From Catajapyx aquilonaris (lineage: Eukaryota), in assembly GCA_000934665.2 (NCBI GenBank), contig JYFJ02000011.1:1-64000 (forward strand): 64,000 bases of DNA, written 5' to 3'. Both the position numbers and the translations under genes were made by a program. The notes beneath the pieces were generated by a model. It searched no databases and was not told where the DNA came from. It worked only from the letters and a program-made list of their open reading frames with translations. This document shows positions 16,559 to 31,070 of this stretch, piece by piece (position 1 is the first letter of the stretch; each line of letters begins with the position of its first letter).

Positions 16559-17608
16559 TTCAGCTAATATTCAGAAGTAATGCGACTCGGCTAGTCCTGC
16601 ATATCAGTTATTCACATGTAGCTTTGTTAGGTGTTGACCGGTGGTGTTGCATGGAGAAAATAACTTACTTTCAGATCAGATACCATGTCAGATAACACGT
16701 TAGGCGCCACATACGCTGTATACCGTATGTGTGAAGACAAAAACAACAAAAATGTGGCCTTATGATGAAGAGATTATTAAGTGATCCATGTCATATCTTA
16801 GTGACATTATTTACTATGGCTTTATAATAATTATGCAGACAAATACTTCAATCGGTTTTTTAACAGATTCATGCACCAAGTCGCTCTTGGTAATGTTAAA
16901 AGGTCAAACTCGGTCACGGAGTGTCATATCTGTGATGCTTATCTACAGAGTACACCTTAATTCATTATCTAATGGGTTGCTATGCTCAAGGGTAGATATA
17001 CCTTGGATATATTTTGTCAATAGCTATGTATCTTAAAGTCCTTCAAAATATTACGTGTAATTTTGCTGTTCATTTAAAAACCTTAGCGGATGTCCTTAGT
17101 CTGCAATTCAAAGGGTCCAACACAGAGACCAGGGTAGCACATGATTATTTCACGCTTCATGCCACTGCACTGTCAAGGGCACGATGAATCAGCACAAATA
17201 TAACGTCATGAGTACTGTACATATTGGCCGCCACAAAAATACTTCACCTTATACTATCTAATCCGCTCGAACACCTTGGACAACAAGGTGAGTGTCGGTG
17301 ACAGTCTGAATCACATGGCCTAAGTAACGTTCGTGCAAAGGAACTGGAAACATCGCTCAACGGTCATACATCAGGTACTGTGCAGTGAATCATTTTTTAG
17401 GCAAGACATGCAAACTTCCTGCAAACTTCCTAATAGTCGGAATCACTCCTGTCCTGTATCATATAATATACCACACCGAGCAGGTGTCCGTTCTACGCAA
17501 TAAACATGATTGTATTGAACATCTTGCGGCATATACTTTTTATAGCATTCCTAGGAGTTACGGTTAATTGTGATAAACTTCATAATTATGTTTGAATCAT
17601 AGGTTAAA

Positions 17609-20042
17609 ATGAAGGTGAAGTGGTTGATCCCATGCTGGGCAGCAGTTTTCCTGCTCCCTGTCGTTGTGAATGGACAGGGGCAGACCATATGGCAAATAAT
17701 AGACACATGTTCCAAACTGCTTATGGATGTGTTCGATGTTCCCGGCCTCTCCTTGGGAATAGTCCTGAACGGAACCATCGAAAGAAACAACGGCTACGGT
17801 TTCCGAAACCTCGAGAAAAATGAAGATGCAGATGAAAATACTCTCTTTGGAATCGGATCATTAACTAAGGTGAACGTAAAATAATGACTCGCACATGTTT
17901 CAGCACCTGATATGTACACTATATCATTGTTAACAGATAAAGAAGCTTACTTCAGCATTGTTGTGTGTATAGATTGCATATCACTGTAGATGGGCATAAT
18001 ATTATACTTTTAAGCTTCGAGAGAATATATTTGACAGAAAATATATATTTATTGCACATGAACCAGCCCAGAAATAATCACCTGTTTGTGCCAATCTAAA
18101 AATAATTGACAAAATAACATGATTGGCCTTTTCTTTTATCCCTCCAGTCCTGAGTCATAAATCTAATTTCAGGCATTCACTGCCACGATGGCAGTGAAGA
18201 TATTGCACGAAAGAAATATGTCTTTGGACGATCCCATTGTCAAACTTCTACCGAAGAACAATACATTTTACCTGTCTGACAGGTAAGAATGCTGTTTTTC
18301 GAGGTAGTGCTGCTCGTATTGATTATGCTGAAATATAATGCCAATTAATGCCATTTTACATCCTTGCAGATTTCGCTCGGAATACATTTCTATGAAAGAT
18401 TTACTAAGCCATAGAACCTGCCTAAATAGCAACGCCTGGAATCTTTTAACAGGCTACAATCTGGACAGGGACGAACACGTGTGGTATGATCACTACGGTA
18501 TATTTTAATGCGAGTGCCAAAACTTTAACTTGTTCGACTTTCTTCTCAGGAGAATGAGGTATCTTCCTGAATCGTGCTCTTTCCGAACTAAATACTTGTA
18601 CAACAATGATATGTATGCATTGGCGGGTTGGGTTCTGGAGCAAATCACAGGACAAAAGTGGGAAGACCTGGTAGGTGATCATGGTCAACTATGCTCAAAT
18701 ATCTAAATTCAGGGATTGTTAGATAAAAGCGTCATTTGAACAGGTAAAACAAGAGCTTCTAAATCCCTTGAACATGACGGAAAGCATGCTGATGGAGGAC
18801 ATGGTGGAAAAGTTCGATAATTTGACTGCCGCTTCTCCTTACTTCTCTTTAAACGGTTCATTAACGCCAGTGGACGTGAACCTGACCTTGTAAGATAATA
18901 GTTTCTACTACCATCTAAAGATAAGTGTAACTTTCCCTTGTCTGAAACCAACACTCCCATGCAGGAGAATCATCCCGGACTATCCAGCAGGAGGAATAGT
19001 TTCCACCTCCTCAAACATGATAAAATGGATGCAATTTCACTTGGAGAAAGGGGAAGGACTAGTTGATGAAAATGTTCTGTCTGAATTGTACAAACCAGTC
19101 ATTGGAATGGACTGGCACATAAACACACCGGACAAATCATTACATGAATTTTATTACGGATACGCGCTTGGCTTCTTAACCGGAATGACAAACAGTAAGA
19201 AATATATTGTTTGAGTAGGGCAACTAGTTGAATATGGCAACATAATGATATGTTTTACAGATTACACACGAATAATGCACAACGGTTATTGGAATCAATA
19301 TTGTAGCCAAATGAGCTTATTTCCGCAGCTTAAATTAGGAATAATCACCCTGACAAATGGACCGGGTGTGGAAAAAGCAGGAGTATTTACCCCACTCTTA
19401 CATGATCTCATATTTGAGCTCATTACAAGTAAGCTTTTTAAAAAATCAAACGTCATGAACATCATATGGACAGAATAATTAAAAGTCAATAATGCATATT
19501 ATGATCTTTACAGAGGGCCAAGGCAGCATCAACCCAGACGAAAAAATAAAAGAATGGACTAAAGATCTGCTGACCGCCCAGAGTAATGCTGAAGACAATG
19601 ATTCAACTCCATTGTCCACAGACCCTTTGTCTGATCAAGATAATTACACCGGGCAATATGGAAGCCTTGCTTATGGTTGTTGTTGTTGTTGTCGTTGTGA
19701 TTTGACACACATGATGATGATGCTCTAATTCCAGGCAATATCACGGTGACGTCCGAAAATGGTGCCCTCTTCGTCAAGAGTGGATTTTTAACAGCTCCTT
19801 TACTGGCGACAAGTGACGCTGACGTATTCAAGATGGACATACCGAAGACCTCTATTGTGTCCGATTTGCAAGGAATTGGAAATGTAATGTACATATTCTC
19901 CGACGTGCAACCCAATGGGACACGTAACACGCTGGAGGTCCAAGCAATTCAGAACTACAGCAGAGTTCTAGACATATCATTCAAAAGAGGATTGTTACTT
20001 TCGGATGGACCAATGAAATTATGGAATAATACTGATTGCTAA
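17609..20042 (+). CDS. Secreted serine beta-lactamase/PBP-family hydrolase, copy B (9 exons, apparently intact)
   Basis: Signal peptide MKVKWLIPCWAAVFLLPVVVNG; motifs FGIGSLTK, LLSHRT, YLYNN, PAGGIVST, H-N-G. Intron positions match A1. TAA at 20040-20042 is followed by AATAAA at ~20068. Confidence 0.88.
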
Positions 20043-23000
20043 GGCAAGTTTTGGCAGGTGGGAGTTTCAATAAAGTGATCATGGAGAATACAGTAAAATA
20101 ATAATTCCTACTGCAACCTACGATAAGAACCTACGTATAATAAGAATTGGCGCCCCTTACTTAGTTGTGATGGGGTGAGTTTATTGCGGTCAAGATAGTA
20201 AGGTTTCGCGCCAACCTAACTGTACAAAAGCTAAATTACAAGAAAGTGTATTTTAATATGAAATCATCATGAAATTCCTCAGGTTCTTGAACTGATTTAG
20301 AGTTCTAAAGCACACGATAAATCGACTTCTATGGTAGCTCACACATCGTTCAAGTACTTTCAGATAATTCCGATTATCTCCTGAACTGCGTTAGTTTCAA
20401 ACTCTTTCAAATAAAATCAGATCAGGAGTCATAGATTCCATCACATATAATTATGATCAGGTATGCTATCGCTCAGATTGTAACATGTAACTAACTGCAC
20501 ACTCATAAAATTTAAGAAAATCAGTTGCACTTGTAAAAAAAAAATCAGCCAACAGCTGAAGGAAGTTTCTCGTATGACTCAAGAGAAAATACAGTACATA
20601 TCAGACTATTAATTTGTCAGAACGTATCCAATTTTTCACGTGTCTCATGACAAACTGAGCATGTGCATGACATAGAAGCAAGGTTATTAACGGACTTATT
20701 GGAGTAGCTTTTCGTATACAGTGTTTTTTTAAACATAACACTGGACAGGTGTCTGTTGTATTTCATATTTGAACTTACACAATTAATGTCAGTTTAGGTT
20801 TCGGGGACGGTAGTAAAATAAACGCTTATCAGTAGAGGAGCAGTCAGTAGCTGATGGAAATTTAGCACATGACTTAATGCAAGAGAATAGAACAGTAGCC
20901 TACTAATGTGCTAGGAATGTTGCTCTGAATCTTGCAGTAAGGGGATTCTATATTGCTTCCCCTGACAATCTTATCAAGTCCTCAAAACATGCACCGGTAT
21001 ATTGAAAAGGGAATTAATGGAGTTTAGGTTTGTTTATATTCAGAATTCAATATATTTGAATGATGTCAAAAAGTCGGCAGTAAACCTTTCATGCTATACT
21101 AAAAAAGGTATAGGCCAAGACTGAATAGTGAAATCATTGTCTATAATGGTACTTGCAAAAAGAAGTATCCTTATTTAGTTCTTAATAGCATTATAATTAC
21201 ACATTTTGTACAAGAGGCTATTACGGATAATAGCAATTATAATGCTTCCACCTCTTTATAAAAGCAACAGTACTCACAGTCAGTACCATCTGCAAGGACA
21301 CTGAGAAAAGAAAAGGCAAAACCGGGAAAAGCATTCAAGACAGTGTAACTAACTGCGCACATGGTAAATTGTACTGTTCATACATTACTAAAAGAGCGGA
21401 CGTGCAATCTTTCAAGAAAAAGTCTGTAGCTACAAATCCTATGGGCACTATTGTCCACTACGATTCGTTGCCAATTTTAATGCAAACTCCTACAGTAAAA
21501 AGTCAATTTAAAGATGCAATTAATAGTAAAGAGATTTTGCAAACCAACTTGCTGTTTATTATTATGCTTGAATGACTGGCACATTGGCCTGCACATAAAA
21601 CTTCACTGTCGGCCTTTTCTCAACCATATCTCAATTAAACAGCAGCTTAATTTTGCTAAAGATTTGCAAAAAATAAAACGTTATTCTCTGGTACCATAGA
21701 GTACCCTATAAGTTTGACTGAATCATTATAAAGCACCCAACCAGCCCCTCCACAAGCATACACCTATAAAATTTTACAACTTGAATCCCTCAAGCGTGCG
21801 ATTATTTTACGGATAGATCAAACAAGGCATGTTGGACACCTTGACATAATTAAGTCAACTTGTCAGTATACCCGCAGCTAAATATACCTGCTCAAACATT
21901 TGCTGTCGTCAATTTTGCAATTTTGTTTTACACTAGGCCCTATACTGTACGTTGGTGGCCATTTCATGAGCCAGCAGTCAGAAAACTCGAATTTCGCTTT
22001 CAAAATGTTTGCATCCAAAATAAACTTCTGGTACACATCCTCCTTTGTTGCATTGCCCTCTCTCTATAAGAGACTCACCGTCTGACAATTGGTGACGTCC
22101 GCACTTACGCCCAGAGTCGCATGAGCAAGGTGTACTCCCACACATGGCCCCCCTTTATTCATACACGCACACGTGATGCACCCACCACACCCCCCATTTA
22201 CGTCACGAGGGTTTCCAAAATAGTGACTGCCGGCCTGCATAAGATGCATACCACCTTGGAGGGCGCCATAGTTGTCCTCTGCCAGAGAAGAAGCAAGACC
22301 TGGCTAGTGGACGTTATCAGCCCTCCCTGCAAAGTGTGCGCTGGGTCTCCGTCGCCATGGACAGGGAGGATTCTCCTGACTTCGGAGGCATCGCCGAAGA
22401 ACTGCAACCTTTGACCCCGGAGGGACAGTACGCCCGAAGAGAGGGAACAAGACCCTCAATCTCTTCCTCCGTCTCGGACATCTCTGGAGGAGGAGCCTTC
22501 TATCAGAGGGTCCAATACACCAAACACAGTGTAAGGTGTACTTATATGTGTTGCCATAATTGTCTTACATAACACACACTGGACACCAAAATTGTAGCAA
22601 TAATGTGGAGTAGTTACTTCCACTACACTAGGGCCATAAAAAGGCTGTATTATTATGTAACTTCGGTTTTTATGTCACAGTATGTATAGAGCATGTTATA
22701 GGCGGTTTTCGGCCACAATTTTATTCCTATATGACATGTGCGAAAGTTCCTTAGAAACATTGCCAATCTGGATGTATTTTTGTCCCGGTACAAAAGAAAG
22801 AGCTAGGAATATACGCGCGCACAATGTGACGTCATTGTGAAGACTTCCGCGTTCTTAATGAGAATTTAGGTTGTACTTGCACCATAAAGTTATACATATA
22901 GTACTGTTTTGTACCATCCGATATTAAAAAATGAGCTGTTGATCTCCATGAGATAAGACCACAGTGTGGCTATACCTTTCAGTGAAGAAATAAGTACGTT

Positions 23001-24773
23001 TCCGACATGAGTGTCGAAATGAGTAAGTCAGCCAACATGGGCCAAGGACCCCTAAATTTAGAAGCAACCTGCTTTGATTTTGGTTACACCTTTACATCTG
23101 AGTGACATACAGTACAGGTCAAATCAAATTAACAGGTACAGTACTTGACCCATGACAATATCGCTTTAGAAGTGGCTAGCACCAGAAAGTACAGTATACT
23201 TAAAATGACTTATTTTCAACTCCAAACTGCACCACATGAGTTCGCAAGGCCGAGCACGAGTTAAAAATAAAATTCTGTCGGTTTTGCAAAGCATGTTCTA
23301 TCTTCTCTCTGAAAATCTCTAACGACTCGAGTACTGAAAGAAGCACAATGTACTGAACAACCATACATCTTTCCCCATCTCGATAGTCTCTCTGAAAGAA
23401 GGTTTGGAGGCAGGTTTTTCTTGGCATTAAAAAGGGGCGGCTATAAATATGGCGAGCATGGGACTGATGAGTTTACCCGCATGTGGACACAAGGGGCTGA
23501 GTCTGCTGGCTTCGAATCCGCCAGTTGGACACACCCAGTGTCTAATTTAGGTCACTCTTTGTCCAACCATTTGCACGTGCCGACTCCCCATCGGATTAAT
23601 TTCAATGGGTACGCCATTAACTTCACCCTAGGAGACTAATCTTTCAACATTTGATCAATTATGTACAAAAAAATATGTAAGGAATCAGTATAAACAGGCT
23701 ATGTTGTAATGAATGATTACGATGGCTAGTATTTGGTGCTGTAACGACATAAAATTTAAATTAGGCAGAACACAACTCACTGTAACCAAATCTGACAACT
23801 AATGGACTGTGGAAGTGTTGGAATTACAACGGAACCCTCAGTGTTTACATTACGACGCAGTTATTCCGCCACAAAGCGCAATGACTCGCTGTTACCTACG
23901 TCACTCTCGGATTACTCTCGAAGTGACGCACGTGACGTCTTCAACAATATTCCCCTGACGCAATAGTCGGTCTGGTTCGTATCAGTAGTGTCCCCTACCT
24001 TGAATGGCTCGAGCCAAGATCGATTACGCCCACACGTGAAGAGAATCAATATTATGTGAAGTTGAGTGCGCAGTGTGTCCATGTTGGTCACGTCATCTTC
24101 CCGCCACGGTCCCCTATTGGTCGCATTGCCGGGGTCCAGACCACGGGATTGGTCGGAACCTTCCTTTACGAGGGGGTCAGTCTCAGGGCGTGAACCTTGA
24201 CAGCTTAGGTACGTTTGTCCTATTTAATCACCAGAATTTGCGAAGAAGGTAACACAACTCGGCCGGTTCTCGGTTGGCGAACAACGTATAAGTGACAGGG
24301 GAGTTGGTACACACACTTCAGGTAGGGCCTATTTGCCACGTACAGCCTACCAATACTGTATGTAGTAGCTTTTCTATTGATATTGCCCGATCTAAATTAT
24401 GATGCAATGTTTTTACGATGCATCGTGTTGTTTGTCAGATCCCTTTCGCATGTCTCACGTAGTAGGAGAATTCTGTGTAATGGAATCTCCTGCACGAGTG
24501 GAAAGTTCAACGGATCAATAACGGGCATTTCTCAATTTTGCCTGGTACACTATCTGATTATTATTCATGGTGGTAGGCCATCAGTGCTTGTCTTCAAATG
24601 TGAGGATATTGCGAGGGAAACAATACGAGCGAACTTTCAACTAAATGATATGGTCAGCCTAATTCAGTACCCAAGTTCCTACTTGTTCAGAAATTGCATA
24701 GGTGTATTACATAGACTACTATAAGAATACCAAAGGTTACCAGTAATCGAGGTTGTGTTTTTCATGCTGTCAG

Positions 24774-24794
24774 ATGGAACGTGAAAACTTGGAG
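24774..24794 (+). CDS. Candidate distal first coding micro-exon of the sugar transporter (MERENLE)
   Basis: ttgtgtttttcatgctgtcag|ATGGAACGTGAAAACTTGGAG|gtaagc; phase 0 matches the acceptor at 37111. Confidence 0.5.
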
Positions 24795-27700
24795 GTAAGC
24801 GGTCGTGTATGATCTGTGAGCATATAGTTATTTTGTTTCGCAATTAACTTACATTGCAATATTTTATTCGTGTGCGATCAGAATGATGAAGCGGAAAGGA
24901 ACAAGGTACTGTGACATGATTTCTATAGTACCTAAGCAGTATAATATGTTATGGGAATATAATGAATTTTATCATGAATATCTCATCCACTTTTCTATAC
25001 AAAGCTGGACAAAAGCAATGGAAGTATGGAGGGAACTAACCCAATGTTACCGAAGGTAAATCATCTGAGTCGAAATTTGCAATATTTTAATATTATTAAT
25101 GCTAAATATTAACATTCTTTTAATGCAGTCACCGGATAACGCTGGTATAGATGACAAATGGGTAAGTTTTAATTTACTGAGTAATACTGTCATTTCCTGG
25201 ATAAGACATGTCCATGACGTCGTACGGTTCGGAATGTATATCAGAAAATACGAAGTTGACATACCGCCATAGAAGGACAGATCCAAATCAATACCGCTGC
25301 TTCTGATCTCGTGACCTTTGGTTTAGGCTCAAACAGTCCTTATTTTCTAATTCACACGTGATCTAGAATTTCAAATAAAAGTTGGGGTCAAAGTGCAAGT
25401 AGGTCCATCAGCAGCCATATTAGCGAGCACGATCTCGACTCAGCCTGGCATTTATTTCTTGGGAGTTCACCATACCGCACGTCACACGTGCCTCAGCTTC
25501 TCAAGAACTACTCTACTTCACCAAGTAATAGCATTACGCAGGCTCGTTACATTGCATTTGCGTATAGGGGCTGTTCCGAAATGGGTCGCTCGCCTTCCAG
25601 GTTTAAGGTAGGATTACTCTAATGTCTCAGAATAATACAAAAGAAATGTGCTTGGTGTAATGTGATTACAGGTAATCTTTGACTGAATGCCAAATAATAT
25701 TAATACTGCTCTAATGGATTTTCCTAAATGTAGGAAAATAAGTAAGGTATATTAGAAATATATTTATTCGAAGTCAGAAGCAATCAACATAAAAAGGCAA
25801 ATTCATATTGTGGACTTATGTCACTTTCTTGTTAGCCGGCATATTCGATCTGTGAATAATTATATTCGCCAATGATCAACACGGCTGTAAGCAATATTAA
25901 CGATTTGACTAACTATTTTAGAGATATTGTAAGAGTGGGAATACATTGCAGTGTGGCCTAAAAATTAATGTTCTTCGATATCATTAAAAATCCATCAAAT
26001 ATTTTATTGCAAGTGTTAGACTGTACGATAGATTGCGAGCATTATTTAAATGACTCAATTTATTCACAATTTATTGCTGAAGAGTGCGTCGTATTCATTT
26101 CTCTTCAATATTTCAGAAGAATATCGTAAAACCTTCATTACGACGGAGCAGATTCGTTTCAAAATATTCCAACAAAAATTAGAATGTAGGCTAAGTAAAA
26201 CTTAAGCATAAAGCAAATTGGTGCTGAATTAAATATGTACTCATATATTATGTTTAACAAAATACTTGTACCTTGAAAATTATGCATAACTGATTTCGTG
26301 TTTAAATAACACATAACCTTCGGTCCAGCAATTTAACTTGTTGAATTTCAATCCGATACATCAGCGGGAGGCAGCACAATAGAAAATACACATCTGTAGC
26401 ATATTATGCGCTAAACAATGAAGTGTTTTGGAAGTAGTGGGCACTTTGACTGACATTTGGATCTAACTGACAAGCATAGGATGCATCATTGAATTGAGTT
26501 CAGTCATAAATAATAATTTATAAGTATTATAAACAGTACCAACATTACTTCATACTTACGTACAAGATATTAGTGTTTCAATTTAACTGTTGTCGCATGC
26601 TTTTAAGCTGTACCTATAGTGTCATAATATTATGCAAAAGTATTTGTACACATCACGTTTGGGCCGTAACACTAGAATGCTAATAATTACGACTATCGTC
26701 ACACTTGGCCAAGTCTCACCTTGGCACCTGCTTATCTCATAGCCCCCTTACTGAACTTTTAAATCATTTTTGTCTGTTGGCACATCCCCATGTCTCGATC
26801 GAGCCAGGCGTATCTAGTTTACATGTTTTTATACTCGAATCCCAAGAAAGGAAAAGAAATCTCGTCTGTGAGATTAATCATATGCCTGGCATCTGATTCA
26901 TTAATCATAAATTGAGGCTTTCAAGTAGTGCCGTGAACTTCAAAGGACAAACCAATCCCTGTAAAGAAGCCCCCAGCACTCATTAGCGAATTCTATTTCT
27001 GCTTTCCTGCTCTCAAGTATAACGGTTCAAGGTCTCCTTCTTCAAACCCCATATCGCAGCGGAATACCTCATACTTACAACGCAGCCGCGAATTTACCTG
27101 CAATAAAAAAATCCAATCAAAATTCAATAATAGGACGTACCAAGGGTACAACAAAATTGTTTAATTTTTTTAAAAAGTTATATTATTTACGACTAGATTA
27201 TTCCTGATATTTTTGAAGTTCCGATAAGTGACTATTTTTATATCAGATGTTAGGAGCAAGTATTAAGTAGCCTATACGTAAGCGGTTAATGAGGAACTGC
27301 AATTGGCAGCCATATCTACCTGCTCATAAACCAAGGTTGAACTGTTGGGCGCTCAGGCAGCTATTTTATAACGTGCTTCCTGCAATACATGCCGCAATAC
27401 AAGTTGTATTGTTTTTCTGCCCTGATTCGGGAATGCGAATGTGCCTTGAAATTACAGCATGCCATGATTTTAACTACAAACCTGCAAACCTATTAAGAAA
27501 TGAAGAAGAAATGAGCGTTAGGTGGCAGGCAAATGCAGCTCGTAAAATCATATCGAGAGACTGGGTGCGACATCTGTAAGGCTCAAGTTTCTTCCACACA
27601 CACCGGCAGAGTACACTACTATAGTCCTATTACTCCACTTGACATCTACCTCGTATTTACCTAGCAAATAGTATTGATGATTCACTCGAAATTTCAACGT

Positions 27701-27819
27701 ACTGACAAAGTATAACAACGTTTCTTTTCATTATGGAGGTTAAGGGCAAACCGACCCATTTCCTCACTGTGAATATTTCTCTCCACTCTATGCCTTACAT
27801 TCTTACAATAATTAACGTC

Positions 27820-27986
<167 letters not shown>

Positions 27987-30983
27987 CTTGAACCTTAGCA
28001 TTACTTGCCTATCATCAACTACACTTCGAGAATTATTTTACATAATTTTAACAGAATTACGACAAAAATATAACTGATTGTTTTGTACAGTATTTCATGT
28101 CTCCATATGTATCGTGCAAAATGTCATTAGTTAAGGGCCACTCTCGTTTGCGTCAAGTAAACTCATTCTTGCAGCACTCGACAGAGGCGATAAGTATCAG
28201 AAACTGTTGAAAAACACAATGTGCGTGCACACATGTCACATGTGAGCAAGCTTGTTTTTCTACACCGTCGACTGAGTTGAAGTCAATTATTCGTGGTTTT
28301 CATAACATGTCAATATACTGCTCGCAACTTTAAAATGACAACTTATTTTGGCACATAATAATTCTTAAAAGTCTTTGCACAGTACGTCGGGAAGATTGAC
28401 GTCAATTTTTGTATAGTGACATGTTCCCCAGATATTATTTTGTCAGTTGAAGCAATTCCGCTTGGATTCGCGTCACTTTCACTTCAAATGCACATGTTAT
28501 TACAATAATACAACGCGTTTGTTGATGTTTGTTTAGTGCACATGCCACGTCACTGACACATTTGACTGGGCTTGTGGAAGCACTTTCACCTGTGGATTTA
28601 TTCCAGTTCTGATCACGCAACCTAATAGGTATAGCCAGGGGGTAAAGGACCAGGGAGAAAATTAGGCCTATACAGTAAAAATGAAGACATTCTTATGAAA
28701 GCAAGGTCATCTGGGTGGTGAAAGACGAACATAAAGAAATACTAGCCCTCATTTTCAAAAATATAATTAGTACGTATCTTTCAACCATGAACTTCAGCGA
28801 TAAAAATACAGTTGCAAATGTAAATGGTCATTAACATGTATCTAACATAAATGAATGTTAACAGGCTCATTAGGTACAGGTAATAATTCGTCAGTCAAAA
28901 TATCAAAACCTTTTACTACCTCATATGTAGTACTCTAAGATGGTTATGACTGATGATTTTTAGGATGCGCTTCAATAAGACGCACAAAAATGTACAGTGC
29001 AACTGGTGTACAGTAGATCTCTTTTCATCCATATATATGCCGAATAGACTTGTGCAGCTGCAATGAACCACCGTGTAGGCTACGTGCATCTATTTCGCAA
29101 CAGGATATGCAGACCTATGGCAATTTAGAGGGGGATTTAAAAAATCAGGCACGCAACCTTCAACTGTCACTTGAAGGAGAGAATTAGCTTAAGTAGTTAA
29201 TATCATTAATTGAACAAGTTCCCTGCCCACAACGAATAATGTCGGTTCTATATGTACTCAATACCCATGCAATGTGAGTTACCCAGTGTTGAGGACTCTT
29301 GTACTGTACACGTATAGGATCGCTCGCTGTATGCAAATTAAAATTTGCTCCGTGCCATTAACCGGTGTAGTGAACTCTGCAACATGTGGTATAGTTCGCA
29401 GAACTCAGCACTGACTTTGGAAGTCTGTGCAGAATAATACACTAAGGAAATTATCCATCAAGGTTTTGAGCCACCTGTACAAAGTGCATATTTCGCCAAT
29501 ATTTAAACACTGAAGGTGCCTTTCGATGCAACAGAAAATTAGCATCAAGTTGATTATGAGGAATTTCTCTCGATTGCATTCCTTATATGGCAAGGAAACG
29601 GTCCTGGACTTCCCCAAGTCCATGGCCTCTACCAAACCGGTTTCCTTCATGGGGAAAAATCCGGAACGAGTCAATCGGGAATTGAATCTCGTCTGGAGCC
29701 AAGTGGACACCACAGCCAAGCAGGTTCCCTACTGATTGTCTTAGGGGTCCACCATCAGGGCCAAAGTGGAAATTGAAGTCCAGCAATCATCGGCGCTGAC
29801 CGATATCGAGCGGTCCTTCAGACCAATATTATTAATGATCACGGCTGGAGGCAATGCAGTACGTGACAGACGTCACATTTCACAACGAGTAAAATATTTT
29901 TTGCACTATGGCATGTGTTTGTTCTCCTATTTCAGAAAGTTCTAAATGTAAAATCATTTTGAAATAACTGCACTATATCGAGCCAATAATAAGCCAGTGC
30001 CAGTGTGATATTTTTGGAATATAATGTCGTAATTGGATCTATTATTGGCGTTGATAGTGACGATATGACAATAATAACACATATACGGAACTGCAGACCA
30101 TTGTGTCCAGAATAATGGGAAAATAACCATAATTGCAGAAAAATTCTTGGAAGTGACGGGCTAGTACCATGACAAAGGTGATGCAAGAATACACTTACAT
30201 ATGGTGCAACGTTGCCTTTTCGCTCAATGAACCATGAATAACAGGCAGTTCTAGATTTGGCCATGAGGTAGACATGTATTATACTCTTCCCAAAGATACC
30301 AGTCAAGTTTATAGGATAACCTTGATACACCCACAGTCTGTGCAGCCCACTCAAGCAAAAGTTACAGTTGCGACTCCCATAGTCTAATTAGCAATAGAAT
30401 TCAGCACTCATCAATTGGCAAAATATTTGCACAAACAAACATTATTTAAGTATACAGAATATGTGATAATTTTGTTTTGTAATTTGCCTATTTTATTCAT
30501 ACAGATCTGAAATTAGCTTAGGTCGATCTGCATGACGAGATCATGTACCCAATATATGATAGAACAAAAAAAAACACAAGAGGAGACGAAGGGCCGATCA
30601 CCAATAGCTACAGTTGTTTGATGACGTCAGGCCAATAAAAAAAAAAGAAAGTGATTGCAACATGGTCTTCAATTAGATTCAATGAATAGCAATCACAGTC
30701 CGCTCAAGATGCCGTTACGCCACATTACGGGTCCTATATATCCAATGTGTGTGGGGTTCCCATGCTAATGCTCTCATTGAACGCCTGTCACTCTTATGCA
30801 GGTCTTCCTTATTACAATCAAGGTCTGCGGCATGTACGACCACACATAATTGCGTCGCAATTACGAAAGTACTTCTCGAGAAGTATACTGCCAATGTGCT
30901 GCGGTGTAAAATTTGGTTGTTACTTCAAGTCATACAATGCATTCCAAGATGTGAACTTTACTACTACAAAATTCTGTAACTTT

Positions 30984-31070
30984 ACGATACGAATTGCGAT
31001 ACGATATGATGTTATATATGATATGCGATACGATACGATGTGATATGATACGATATGGCATACGATACGA
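30984..31070. repeat. Degenerate pentamer repeat (TACGA/TATGA)n
   Basis: tacgatacga...atatgatatgcgatacgatacgat. Confidence 0.85.

Noticed and set aside
22064..22572. GC-rich segment with several overlapping ORFs
   Set aside because: No recognisable domain, splice pattern or termini; probably a repeat remnant.
29405..29790. GC-richer island with short ORFs
   Set aside because: No motif or exon structure could be supported.
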